From assembly GCA_963842525.1 (NCBI GenBank), contig CAWJGT010000034.1:256001-320000 (forward strand): a stretch of 64,000 nucleotides of DNA. The letters run 5' to 3'. How positions within the stretch are numbered: position 1 is the stretch's first letter; the number at the start of each line of letters is the position of its first letter. A model generated the notes under the pieces. It worked only from the letters and a program-made list of their open reading frames with translations, ran no database searches and was not told where the DNA came from. Positions 38,823 to 48,200 of the stretch are shown one piece after another. Position numbers and translations under genes: made by a program. Origin of the DNA: an uncultured Holophagales bacterium (lineage in GTDB: Bacteria > Acidobacteriota > Thermoanaerobaculia > Multivoradales > UBA5704).

Positions 38823-40090
38823 ATGCAGCAGAGCGTCATCCAGGGCTTTCGGCTTTCCCCGCAGCAGGACCGCCTGTGGTCTCTGCAAGGCGATGGGGGA
38901 GAGCTGCCGTACCGCGCGACCTGTGTGCTCCGGATCACGGGCCGCCTCGACGTGCAGGCGCTGCAAGCGGCCCTGGGACGCGTCGTCGAACGGCACGAGA
39001 TCCTGCGCACCACGTTCCGGCAGGCCCCCGGGATGGAGGAGCCCCTCCAGGTCATCGGCGAGAGCGCGGCCGTGCGCATCGAGCGCTGCGAGCTGCGCGG
39101 CGGTTCCTCCGCAGCGCGGGAGGCGTCGGTCGACGCACTCTTCCTGGAGGCGAGCCGTCTCCCCTTGGACATCGAGAATGGGGAGAACGGCGTCCTGCTG
39201 CGGGCGCGGCTGGGCTGCCTGGCCCCCGACCGGCACCTGCTGCTGCTCGTTCTGCCCGCCCTCTGTGCGGACGCCACAAGCCTGGAGAATCTCGCCGCGG
39301 ACCTGGCGCGCTGTTACGCCGCGCTCTGCGGCGGTCCTGCTCCCGGTGAGACGGCTCAGTACGCCGACATCGCGGACTGGATGAACGGGATGCTCGCAAC
39401 GCATGAGGAGGTGGCGCGGAGGTTCTGGGGGAGCCGCGACGTCTTCGCCAGGCTCGACACCCGGCTACCTCTTGAGCGCGAACCGGCCGGCACTGCGAGC
39501 TTTACACCCCGGTCGGTCCCGGTAGAGGTCGCATCCGCGACTGTCGTCGGCGTCGCCCCGGAGCTCGGCGCCACCGAGGAGGCCGTCCTGCTCACCGCCT
39601 GGCAGATCCTCCTGCGGCGCCTGACCGCCTGGCCGGAGACCGTCGTCGGAGTCGCCTTCGCCGGTCGCAAGCATGCGGAGCTGCGCCATGCGCTGGGACT
39701 CTTTACGCGCCATCTGCCCGCTCCCTGCGCATGGGGGGAGGAGGACTGCTTCGCTGCGGCGGTCCGCGCGACCGCAGAGGCCCTCGCCGAGCTGTCCGGC
39801 TGGCAGGAGTCTTTCACCTGGCGGCGCCTGGCGGCGGACGGCGGAGCTCCTTTCTTCCCCTTCGCCTTTGAATATACCGAGGGCGCCGCCGAGCACCGCC
39901 ACGGCGACACGATCTTCTCGATCCTGCGGTCGCAAGCCCAGACCGACCGCTTCCGGGTGAAGCTCGCCGGCTCGCGGCGCGGCGGCACTCTGACTCTCGA
40001 GCTGCAGTACGACGAGAGCACTTTCCGCCGTGAGGACGCCGAGCGCCTTGCCGGCTGGTACGGGGCCTTGCTGGAGAGCGCGGCGAAGTG
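38823..40090 (+). other. Catalytically degenerate condensation-family domain (interface/I-domain-like)
   Basis: GFRLSPQQ at the N-terminus, RHEILRT, and LPALCADATS (39252) lacking the His residues. The preceding gene ends in an intact C domain. Confidence 0.75.
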
Positions 40091-43000
40091 CCCCGGGGCC
40101 GCGACAGGCGATCTCGGAATTCTCACCGCGGAGGAGCGGCGCGAGGCGCTGGTCGACCTCAACCGGACGGAGGTGGAGCACCCCGGAGCCGGCAGGACGC
40201 TGGCGCGGCTCTTCGCGGAGCAGGCTCGCCGCAGCCCGGACGCGGTCGCGGCCTCGTTCCGCGAGCAGCGGATCACCTATGGGGAGCTGAAAACGCGGGC
40301 CGAGCGGCTGGCCCGCCACCTGCGAGGCCTGGGGGTGGCGCCAGAGGTGCGGGTCGCGCTATGCGTCGAGCGGTCGCTGGACATGGTCCTGGGCATCCTG
40401 GGCATCCTCGAGGCCGGCGGGGCCTACGTGCCCATCGATCCGGCCTATCCGGAGGAGCGGCGGGCCCTGATGCTGGAGGACGCACGCACCCCCGTGCTGC
40501 TCACCCAGGAGCGGCTGGCCCCCGGCCTGGAGGGGCTGCGGGCCGGCGCCCGCATGGTCCGCCTGGACGCGGACTGGCCGGAGATTGCGGCCCACAACCC
40601 CCGCGACGGCCGGGAGGAGGATCTCCCGGAGAATCTGCCGGAACATCTGGCCTACGTCATCTACACGTCCGGCTCTACGGGCCGGCCCAAGGGGGTCATG
40701 GTCTCGCACCGGGCCATCGCGAACCGGCTCCTGTGGAAGCTGCGGGTCTTCCCCCTGGAGCCGGGGGACGTGGTCCTGCAGAAGACGCCCTACAGCTTCG
40801 ACGCGTCGATCTGGGAGATCTTCGTCCCCCTCTTCGCGGGCGCGCGCCTGGCCGTGGCCGAGCCCGGCGGGCACCAGGACCCCGCCTATCTCCTGCGCGC
40901 CCTCGCCGAGGAGCAGGTCACTGCGCTCCAACTCGTTCCCTCCATGCTGCCGGTCCTCCTCGACCAGTCAGGAGCGGAAGAGGCCGGCCGCAGCCTTCGC
41001 GGCCTGTTCTGCGGCGGCGAGGCCCTCGCCGCCGAGGCGGTGGACCGCGCCTTCGCCCTGCTGGCGGGCGTTGTCGTGCGCAACCTCTACGGTCCCACGG
41101 AAGCCTCCATCGACGTCGCCTCCCAGCCCTGCGAGCCGGGCAGGTGGGACGGGATCGTGCCCATCGGCCGGCCCATCGACAACATCCGGCTCTACGTGCT
41201 CGACCCCCGAGGCGTGGCGGTGCCGCCGGGGCTGACCGGAGAGCTGCACATCGGCGGAGTGAACCTGGCCCGAGGCTATCTGGGCCGGCCTGGCCTCACG
41301 GCCGAGCTCTTCGTGCCGGATGCCTGGAGCGGCCTCCCTGGCGAGCGGCTCTACCGCACCGGCGACCTGGTCCGCCTCTCGGGCGCCGGGCTGCTCGAAT
41401 TCCTCGGCCGGGCCGACGGCCAGGTCAAGCTCCGCGGCTTCCGCATCGAGCTGGGCGAGATCGAGGCCGCCCTGCTGCGGCATCCGGCGGTGCAGGAGGC
41501 GGCCGTCCTGGTGCGGGAGGACGCTCCCGGAGCCGCACGCCTGGTGGCGTACGTGGCGCCGGGCGAGACCGCCGCCGGGGAGCTGCGCGCCTTCCTCACC
41601 GCGCGCCTGCCGGAGCACATGGTGCCTCCCGTCGTGGTGACCCTGCCGGCCCTGCCGCGCTTGCCCAACGGCAAGCTGGACCGCCGCGCCCTGCCGGCGC
41701 CGGACCCCGCCGGCCTCGCGGGCTCCCACGGCCCGCGCACCCCGGCCGAAGAGCTGATGGCGACGCTGTGGCGGGACCTTCTGAAGGTCGAGCGGGTCGG
41801 GGCCGGCGACGACTTCTTCGCCCTGGGCGGCCACTCTCTGCTGGCCACTCGGCTCGTTTCCCGCATCCGCCAGGTCTTCGCAGTCGAGCTGTCAATGCGG
41901 GATGTGTTCCAGGCACCCACCCTCGCCGGCCTCGTCGCGGAGGTATCCGCCGCGCGCGGCATCGCCTCCGGCCGCTGGGTGCCGCCCCTCGTGCCGGTGG
42001 CTCGCATGCCTGGCACCGGGCTGCCGCTCTCCTTCGCCCAGCAGCGGCTCTGGTTCCTGCACCAGCTCGACCCGGAGAGCCCGTCCTACCACCTGCCCAT
42101 GGCCGTGCGGTTCCTCGGTCCCCTGGACCTGCCGGCGTTCGCCGCTGCGGTGCGCGAGGTCGTGCGGCGGCACGAGTCCCTGCGCACCCGCTTCCCGGCC
42201 GAGGATGGGAAGCCGGTCCAGGTGATCGAGCCGACGCCGGCCTCGCCGCTGGCCTGCATCGACCTGTCGGCGCTCTCGGAGGCACGGCGCGAGGCCGAGG
42301 CGCGGCGGATCACGGCAGCCGAGGCGGAGCGCCCCTTCGACCTGGCCGCGGGACCCCTGATCCGCCCGGCCGTGCTGCGGCTGGACGAGCGGAGCCACGT
42401 CCTGCTCGCCTGTCTGCACCACATCGTCTCCGACGGCTGGTCCCTCGGTGTCCTGGTGCGCGAGGTGGCGGCGCTCTACCAGGCGTTTCGCACGGGGACG
42501 GCGCCGGACCTTCCGGAGCTGCCTGTCCAGTACGCCGACTTCGCAGTCTGGCAGCGGAGCTGGCTGTCCGGCGAGGTGCTGGAGGCGGAGCTCGCCTGGT
42601 GGCGGGAGCGGCTGGCCGGAGCGCCGCCGCGTCTCGATCTCCCCACCGACCGCCCGCGGGGCCTCTCCGGCGGCTCCGGACGGCAGCCGCTCCGGCTCTC
42701 CGCCGGCCTCACGCAGCGCCTCGGAGACCGCGCGGGAGCCACGCCGTTCATGGTCCTGATGGCCGGCTTCCAGGCCCTGCTCGGCCGCTGGTGCAACCAG
42801 GACGACGTGCTCGCCGGAGCGCCGATCGCCAATCGCACGCGGGCGGAGATCGAGGGTCTGATCGGCTTCTTCGTCAATACCCTGGTGCTGCGCGCCGACC
42901 TCTCCGACGGGCCGTCGTTCCGCCGCCACCTGGAGCGTGTGCGCGAGGCGACGCTCGCCGCCGCGGACCACCAGGACGTTCCCTTCGAGCAGGTCGTCGA

Positions 43001-45203
43001 GGCCGTGCGGCCGGGGCGGGTACGTGGTGAGAACCCGCTCGTCCAGGCGCTGCTCGTGCTGCAGAACGCGCCCGTCGGGCCCCTGGACCTTCCGGACCTG
43101 GCGCTGCGTCCTGAGCCGGTCTCGTTCAGCGCGGCCAAACTGGATCTGACCCTGGAGCTGGCGGAGACTCCGGAGGGGATCGGCGGCGTCTGGCAGTACC
43201 GGGCCGACCTCTTCGACGCGGTCACCGTGGCGCGCCTGTCGCGGCACCTCGCCAACCTGCTGGCGGCGGCGGTGGAGACTCCTGAGCGGAGTGTGTCCGA
43301 GCTGCCGTTGCTCGACGAGGCCGAGGCGACCCAGCTCCTGGTGGAGTGGAACGACACGGCGGCAGGGTTGCCGGAGGGTCTCGTCCACGAAGTCGTCGCA
43401 CAGCGGGCGGCGGAGCGTCCGGACGCTGCGGCGCTTGTCTCTTCCGGCGGGAGCTGGACGTACAGCGAGCTGGACCGGCGGGCCAACGGCCTCGCCCGGC
43501 GCCTGCGCGGTCTCGGTATTGGAGATATTGGGCCGGAGCGGGTGGTGGCGATCTGCGCCGAGCGCTCGCCCGAGATGGTGCTCGCCCTGCTCGCCGTGCT
43601 CAAGGCGGGAGGCGCCTGGCTGCCTCTGGACCCCGCCTATCCGGCGGAACGCCTGCGCTTCATGTGGAAGGATGCCGGCCGGCCCCTCCTCCTGGCACCC
43701 GAGGGCCTGCTGGAGGGCCTGCCTGCCGAGGCACGCGAGCGCTGCCTCCCGTTGACCGTAGAAGAGGAAGACGTGGACGCGCCGAGCGCGCTGGAGACGG
43801 GCGTCGCTCCTGATCACTTGGCCTATGTGATCTATACGTCGGGCTCCACCGGACGGCCCAAGGGCACGCTCCTCACTCACGGCGGGCTGCGCAATACAAT
43901 CGCGGCCCTCATGCAGGCTTACCGGATCGACCGCGGCTCGCGCATGCTCCAGTTCTCGTCGTTCTCGTTCGACGCCTCCGTGGCCGAGATCTTCGGCGCC
44001 CTGGCCGCCGGGGCCGAGCTGCACCTGGCCGCGCCGCACGAGCTACTGCCCGGGCCCGACTTCGTCCGGCTGCTCCGCGAGCGGCGGATCACTGTCGCCA
44101 CCCTGCCGCCCTCCGCGCTGCTCGCCTCCCCTCCTGAGGAGCTGCCGGAGTTGGCGACCCTGGTGGTGGCGGGGGAGACCTGTCCGCCGGAGCTGGCGGT
44201 GACCTGGGGGCGCGGCAGGCATTTCGTGGATGCCTACGGTCCGACCGAGGCCACGATCGCGGCCAGCGCGGGAGCGGGCGCAGCGATCGGCCGGCCGCTC
44301 GCGAACGTCCGCATCCATCTCCTGGGAGCCGGCCTCCAGCCGGTGCCCATCGGTGCCGCTGGCGAGCTCTGGGTGGCGGGCGCCGGCCTAGCGCGGGGCT
44401 ATCTCGGCCGGCCCGATCTGACCGCGGACCGCTTCCGGCCCGATCCGTTCGCGACCTCTCCGGGCGAACGGCTCTACCGCACCGGCGACCTGGCGCGGCG
44501 GCGGCCGGACGGCGAGCTGGGCTTCCTGGGCCGCATCGACCACCAGGTCAAGGTGCGGGGATTCCGCGTCGAGCTTGGGGAGATCGAGGCGGCGCTGGTC
44601 CGCCATCCGGCCGTACACGCCGCGGCCGTGGCGGCGCACGCGGATCGGATCGCCGCATACGTGGTCCCGGCGGAAGGGTCGGAGGCGAGCGTCTCCGAGC
44701 TGCGCGGCTTCCTGCGGCGCGAGCTGCCGGACTACATGATCCCCGCGGCCTGGGTGACGCTGCCGGCTCTGCCGCTGACACCGGCAGGGAAGGTGGACCG
44801 CCGCGCCCTGCCCGCGCCGGGCACGGAGCGGCCCGACCTGGCCGCCGGCTACACGGCGCCGAGCGGCCCCGTCGAAGAGGTGCTGGCGGACCTCTGGTCT
44901 CGTCTCCTCGGGCTCGAACAGGTGGGTGCCCACGACGACTTCTTCGAGCTCGGCGGCCACTCGCTGCTGGCGACCCAGATGGTCTCGCGCATCCGCAAGG
45001 TGTTCAAGGTGGAGCTGCCGCTGCGCGACTTCTTCGGCCGGGCTACCGTGGCTTCCCTGGCCCGATGGCTCCAGGAGCACGAGGCGAAGCCCGGACAGGC
45101 CATGGCGATCGCGCACGCGGTGCTGAGGATCGCGGCCATGCCGGCCGCCAGCCTCCAGAGCGAGCTGGAGTCCCGGCGGGCGGAACGGAGGCTGGCGCCG
45201 TGA
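38823..45203 (+). CDS. NRPS (~2126 aa): interface-type C(I)-A(Gln-like)-T-C-A(aromatic-like)-T
   Basis: ORF 38817..45203, with ATG 38823 following AGAGGG. The N-terminal C-fold has LPALCAD in place of HHxxxDG. It contains two full A domains, GGHSLL at ~41827 and ~44952, and HHIVSDGWS at ~42417. Confidence 0.94.
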   Translation: MQQSVIQGFRLSPQQDRLWSLQGDGGELPYRATCVLRITGRLDVQALQAALGRVVERHEILRTTFRQAPGMEEPLQVIGESAAVRIERCELRGGSSAAREASVDALFLEASRLPLDIENGENGVLLRARLGCLAPDRHLLLLVLPALCADATSLENLAADLARCYAALCGGPAPGETAQYADIADWMNGMLATHEEVARRFWGSRDVFARLDTRLPLEREPAGTASFTPRSVPVEVASATVVGVAPELGATEEAVLLTAWQILLRRLTAWPETVVGVAFAGRKHAELRHALGLFTRHLPAPCAWGEEDCFAAAVRATAEALAELSGWQESFTWRRLAADGGAPFFPFAFEYTEGAAEHRHGDTIFSILRSQAQTDRFRVKLAGSRRGGTLTLELQYDESTFRREDAERLAGWYGALLESAAKCPGAATGDLGILTAEERREALVDLNRTEVEHPGAGRTLARLFAEQARRSPDAVAASFREQRITYGELKTRAERLARHLRGLGVAPEVRVALCVERSLDMVLGILGILEAGGAYVPIDPAYPEERRALMLEDARTPVLLTQERLAPGLEGLRAGARMVRLDADWPEIAAHNPRDGREEDLPENLPEHLAYVIYTSGSTGRPKGVMVSHRAIANRLLWKLRVFPLEPGDVVLQKTPYSFDASIWEIFVPLFAGARLAVAEPGGHQDPAYLLRALAEEQVTALQLVPSMLPVLLDQSGAEEAGRSLRGLFCGGEALAAEAVDRAFALLAGVVVRNLYGPTEASIDVASQPCEPGRWDGIVPIGRPIDNIRLYVLDPRGVAVPPGLTGELHIGGVNLARGYLGRPGLTAELFVPDAWSGLPGERLYRTGDLVRLSGAGLLEFLGRADGQVKLRGFRIELGEIEAALLRHPAVQEAAVLVREDAPGAARLVAYVAPGETAAGELRAFLTARLPEHMVPPVVVTLPALPRLPNGKLDRRALPAPDPAGLAGSHGPRTPAEELMATLWRDLLKVERVGAGDDFFALGGHSLLATRLVSRIRQVFAVELSMRDVFQAPTLAGLVAEVSAARGIASGRWVPPLVPVARMPGTGLPLSFAQQRLWFLHQLDPESPSYHLPMAVRFLGPLDLPAFAAAVREVVRRHESLRTRFPAEDGKPVQVIEPTPASPLACIDLSALSEARREAEARRITAAEAERPFDLAAGPLIRPAVLRLDERSHVLLACLHHIVSDGWSLGVLVREVAALYQAFRTGTAPDLPELPVQYADFAVWQRSWLSGEVLEAELAWWRERLAGAPPRLDLPTDRPRGLSGGSGRQPLRLSAGLTQRLGDRAGATPFMVLMAGFQALLGRWCNQDDVLAGAPIANRTRAEIEGLIGFFVNTLVLRADLSDGPSFRRHLERVREATLAAADHQDVPFEQVVEAVRPGRVRGENPLVQALLVLQNAPVGPLDLPDLALRPEPVSFSAAKLDLTLELAETPEGIGGVWQYRADLFDAVTVARLSRHLANLLAAAVETPERSVSELPLLDEAEATQLLVEWNDTAAGLPEGLVHEVVAQRAAERPDAAALVSSGGSWTYSELDRRANGLARRLRGLGIGDIGPERVVAICAERSPEMVLALLAVLKAGGAWLPLDPAYPAERLRFMWKDAGRPLLLAPEGLLEGLPAEARERCLPLTVEEEDVDAPSALETGVAPDHLAYVIYTSGSTGRPKGTLLTHGGLRNTIAALMQAYRIDRGSRMLQFSSFSFDASVAEIFGALAAGAELHLAAPHELLPGPDFVRLLRERRITVATLPPSALLASPPEELPELATLVVAGETCPPELAVTWGRGRHFVDAYGPTEATIAASAGAGAAIGRPLANVRIHLLGAGLQPVPIGAAGELWVAGAGLARGYLGRPDLTADRFRPDPFATSPGERLYRTGDLARRRPDGELGFLGRIDHQVKVRGFRVELGEIEAALVRHPAVHAAAVAAHADRIAAYVVPAEGSEASVSELRGFLRRELPDYMIPAAWVTLPALPLTPAGKVDRRALPAPGTERPDLAAGYTAPSGPVEEVLADLWSRLLGLEQVGAHDDFFELGGHSLLATQMVSRIRKVFKVELPLRDFFGRATVASLARWLQEHEAKPGQAMAIAHAVLRIAAMPAASLQSELESRRAERRLAP
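40195..41700 (+). other. Adenylation domain, predicted Gln (DAWQFGLIDK)
   Basis: FDASIWE, ALQLVPS, LFCGGE, NLYGPTEASID. Confidence 0.7.
43380..44820 (+). other. Adenylation domain, Phe/Tyr-family pocket (DAATVAAIAK); exact substrate uncertain
   Basis: FDASVAE, VATLPPS, LVVAGE, DAYGPTEATIA. Confidence 0.55.
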
Positions 45204-48200
45204 GCTGGGACCGGACGACCCCCGCGGATGTCTTCTCGGCCGAGGGCCTGGAGCTGCTCGACCTCCTGCTCGAGGAGCAGGGGATCGACACCGGCGCCGG
45301 CGCGGCGATCGGCCGGCGCGACGACCCGGCGGAGCTGCCGCTCTCCTTCGCCCAGCAGAGGCTCTGGTTCCTCGACCAATGGCGGCCCGGGACGCCGATC
45401 TACAACATCAGCGCGGCCTATCTGCTGGCCGGGCCGCTGGACCTCGCCGTCCTGGCGCGGAGCCTCGCCGAGGTCGTCCGCCGCCACGAGGTGCTGCGCT
45501 CCACGATCCGCACCGGCCCCGACGGCCGGCCGGTCCAGGCCCTGCACCCCGCCGGGCGCTTCGACCTGCCCCTGGTCGATCTGGACGGCCTTGCGCCCGC
45601 GGCGCGCCAGGCCGAGGCTGCACACCGGGTGGCGGCGGAGGCGCGCCGGCCGTTCGACCTGGCCGCCGGGCCGCTGCTGCGGGCTACGGCGCTCCGCCTG
45701 GCGCCGGACGAGCACGCCCTGCTCCTCACGCAGCACCACATCGTCTCCGACGGCTGGTCCATGGGGGTGCTGGTGCGCGAGGTCGCGTCGCTCTACGCCG
45801 CCTTCGCGGCGGGCCGGCCGTCTCCCCTGCCGGAGCTGCCCATCCAGTATGCCGACTTCGCGGCCTGGCAGCGGCGCCACCTCCAGGGCGAGGAGCTGGA
45901 GCGCCAGCTCTCCTGGTGGCGGCAGCACCTGGCCGGCGCTCCTTCCCTGCTGGAGCTGCCGGCGGACCGGCCGCGCCCGTCCGTCCAGGGGTCCGCCGGC
46001 GCCACGTTCTCCTTCTCGCTCCCCGGCGGGCTGCGTGACGCTCTCGACGCCCTGGCACAGCGCGAGGGGGCGACCCTGTTCATGGTCCTCCTCGCCGCCT
46101 TCGCGGCTCTGCTCCACCGCTGGACGGGGAGTGACGACCTCGTCGTGGGCTCGCCCGTTGCGAACCGGAACCGCGACGAGACCGAGGGCCTGATCGGCTT
46201 TTTCGTGAACACCCTGGCGCTGCGCGCCGGCATGGCGGACGATCCCCCGTTCCGCAGGCTGCTCGGCCGCGTCCGGGAGACGACCCTGGGCGCCTACGAC
46301 CACCAGGACATCCCCTTCGAGATGCTCGTCGACGAGCTGGGGCTGGAGCGGGAGCTGGCGTCACACGCCGCTCTTCCAGGTCGTGTTCTCGCTCCAGAAC
46401 GTGCCGGTGCCCGCGGTCGGCCTGCCGGGCGGGCTCTCCCTGCGGCCCCTGCCGGCCCACAGCGGCACCGCGAAATACGACCTCAACCTGTCCATGACCG
46501 AGACGCCGGAGGGGCTCGCCGGCTCGTTCGAGCACAGCACGGACCTCTTCGACCCGGCCACGATCGAGCGCCTGGCCGGTCACCTCCGCGTCCTCCTGGA
46601 GGGCATCGTGGAGGACCCGGACCTGCGGCTGTCGGCCCTGCCGCTGCTCACGCCGGACGAACGCGACCGGATCGCCGCCTGGAGCGCCGCGGGCCATCGC
46701 TGGACGGTCGCCGGCAACCTGCACGAGCGGTTTGCTGCCCAGGCAGCGCGGACGCCCGGAGCGCTCGCGGTCACGATGCGCGGCGGCGAGAGCCTCACCT
46801 ACCGCGAGCTGGCCGACCGCGCCTCCCGGCTGGCCCGGCACCTGCGCGCCCTCGGGGTCGGCCCCGAGTCGCGGGTGGGGCTCCTCGCCGAGCGCTCGCC
46901 CGCTCTGGTCGTGGGGATCCTCGGCGTCCTCGAAGCCGGCGGCGCCTACCTGCCCCTCGATCCGGCCCATCCCGACGAGCGACTGCTCTACATGCTGCGC
47001 GATGCTGGCGCAGGGCCGGTGGTGGTCGATCCTGCTCTCGCGGAGCGCGCCACGGCCCTGGATGGCGCGGCACGGCTGGTGCTGCTCGGGACGGACACGG
47101 ACAGCCACGGACTGCCACCGACTCGCACTGAGCCGGAGCACCCGGCCTATGTCATCTACACCTCGGGCTCGACTGGAAGGCCCAAGGGCGTGGTGGTCAC
47201 GCATGCCAACGTGCTGCGGCTGTTCGCGGCGACCGAGGGGTGGTTCGGCTTCGGCCCGCAGGACGTCTGGACCCTGTTCCACTCCTACGCCTTCGACTTC
47301 TCGGTATGGGAGATCTGGGGTGCCCTGCTCCATGGCGGCCGGCTTGTGGTTGTGCCGTACCTGGTGAGCCGTTCGCCCGAGGACTTCCACCGTCTCCTCG
47401 TGGAAGAGGGCGTGACGGTACTGAGCCAGACCCCTTCGGCATTCCGTCAGCTCGTACATGTGGAGGGCTCATCGCGCTTGGCGCTGCGCTCCGTAGTCTT
47501 CGGCGGCGAGGCGCTGGATCTCCCGGCACTGGCTCCCTGGTTCGAGCGCCATGGCGACCGCGAGCCGCGCCTCGTCAATATGTATGGCATCACCGAGACG
47601 ACGGTGCATGTCACCTACCGGGAGATCGGGCAGGCGGACACGGCGTCTCCCGGCAGCGTCATCGGCCGCGCGCTCCCGGACCTGTCGGTCCACCTGCTCG
47701 GGCGGCACGGCGCGCCGGTGCCGGTAGGTGTGCCCGGGGAGATCCACGTCGGCGGCGCGGGGCTGGCCCGCGGCTACCTGGGCCGTCCGGAGCTGACCGC
47801 CGAGCGCTTCGTGCCGGACCCCTTCTCGGGCTCGAACGGTGCCCGGCTCTACCGCAGCGGCGACCTGGCGCGCTGGCGGCCGGACGGGGACCTTGAGTAT
47901 CTGGGCCGTATCGACCAGCAGGTCAAGGTCCGCGGCTTCCGCATCGAGCTGGGGGAGATCGAAGCGGCTCTGGCCGGGCACCCGGGCGTGCGCGAGGCCG
48001 CGGTGCTCCAGGGGGACGACGGCCGGCTGACCGGCTACGTGGTGCCGCGGGAGGCGCCGCCGCGCCCGGCCGACCTGCGGAGCCATCTGGAGGAGCGCCT
48101 GCCGGACTACATGATCCCGGCGGGCTTCGTCCTGCTCGCGGCCCTGCCGCTGACCGCCAACGGCAAGCTCGACCGGCGGGCCCTCCTGGACCAGGCGCCG

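Noticed and set aside
46362-47131. Tail of ORF 45065..47131 as a real alternative C-terminus (programmed frameshift)
   Set aside because: There is no slippery site, and the tail is shadow-frame sequence after a single indel.
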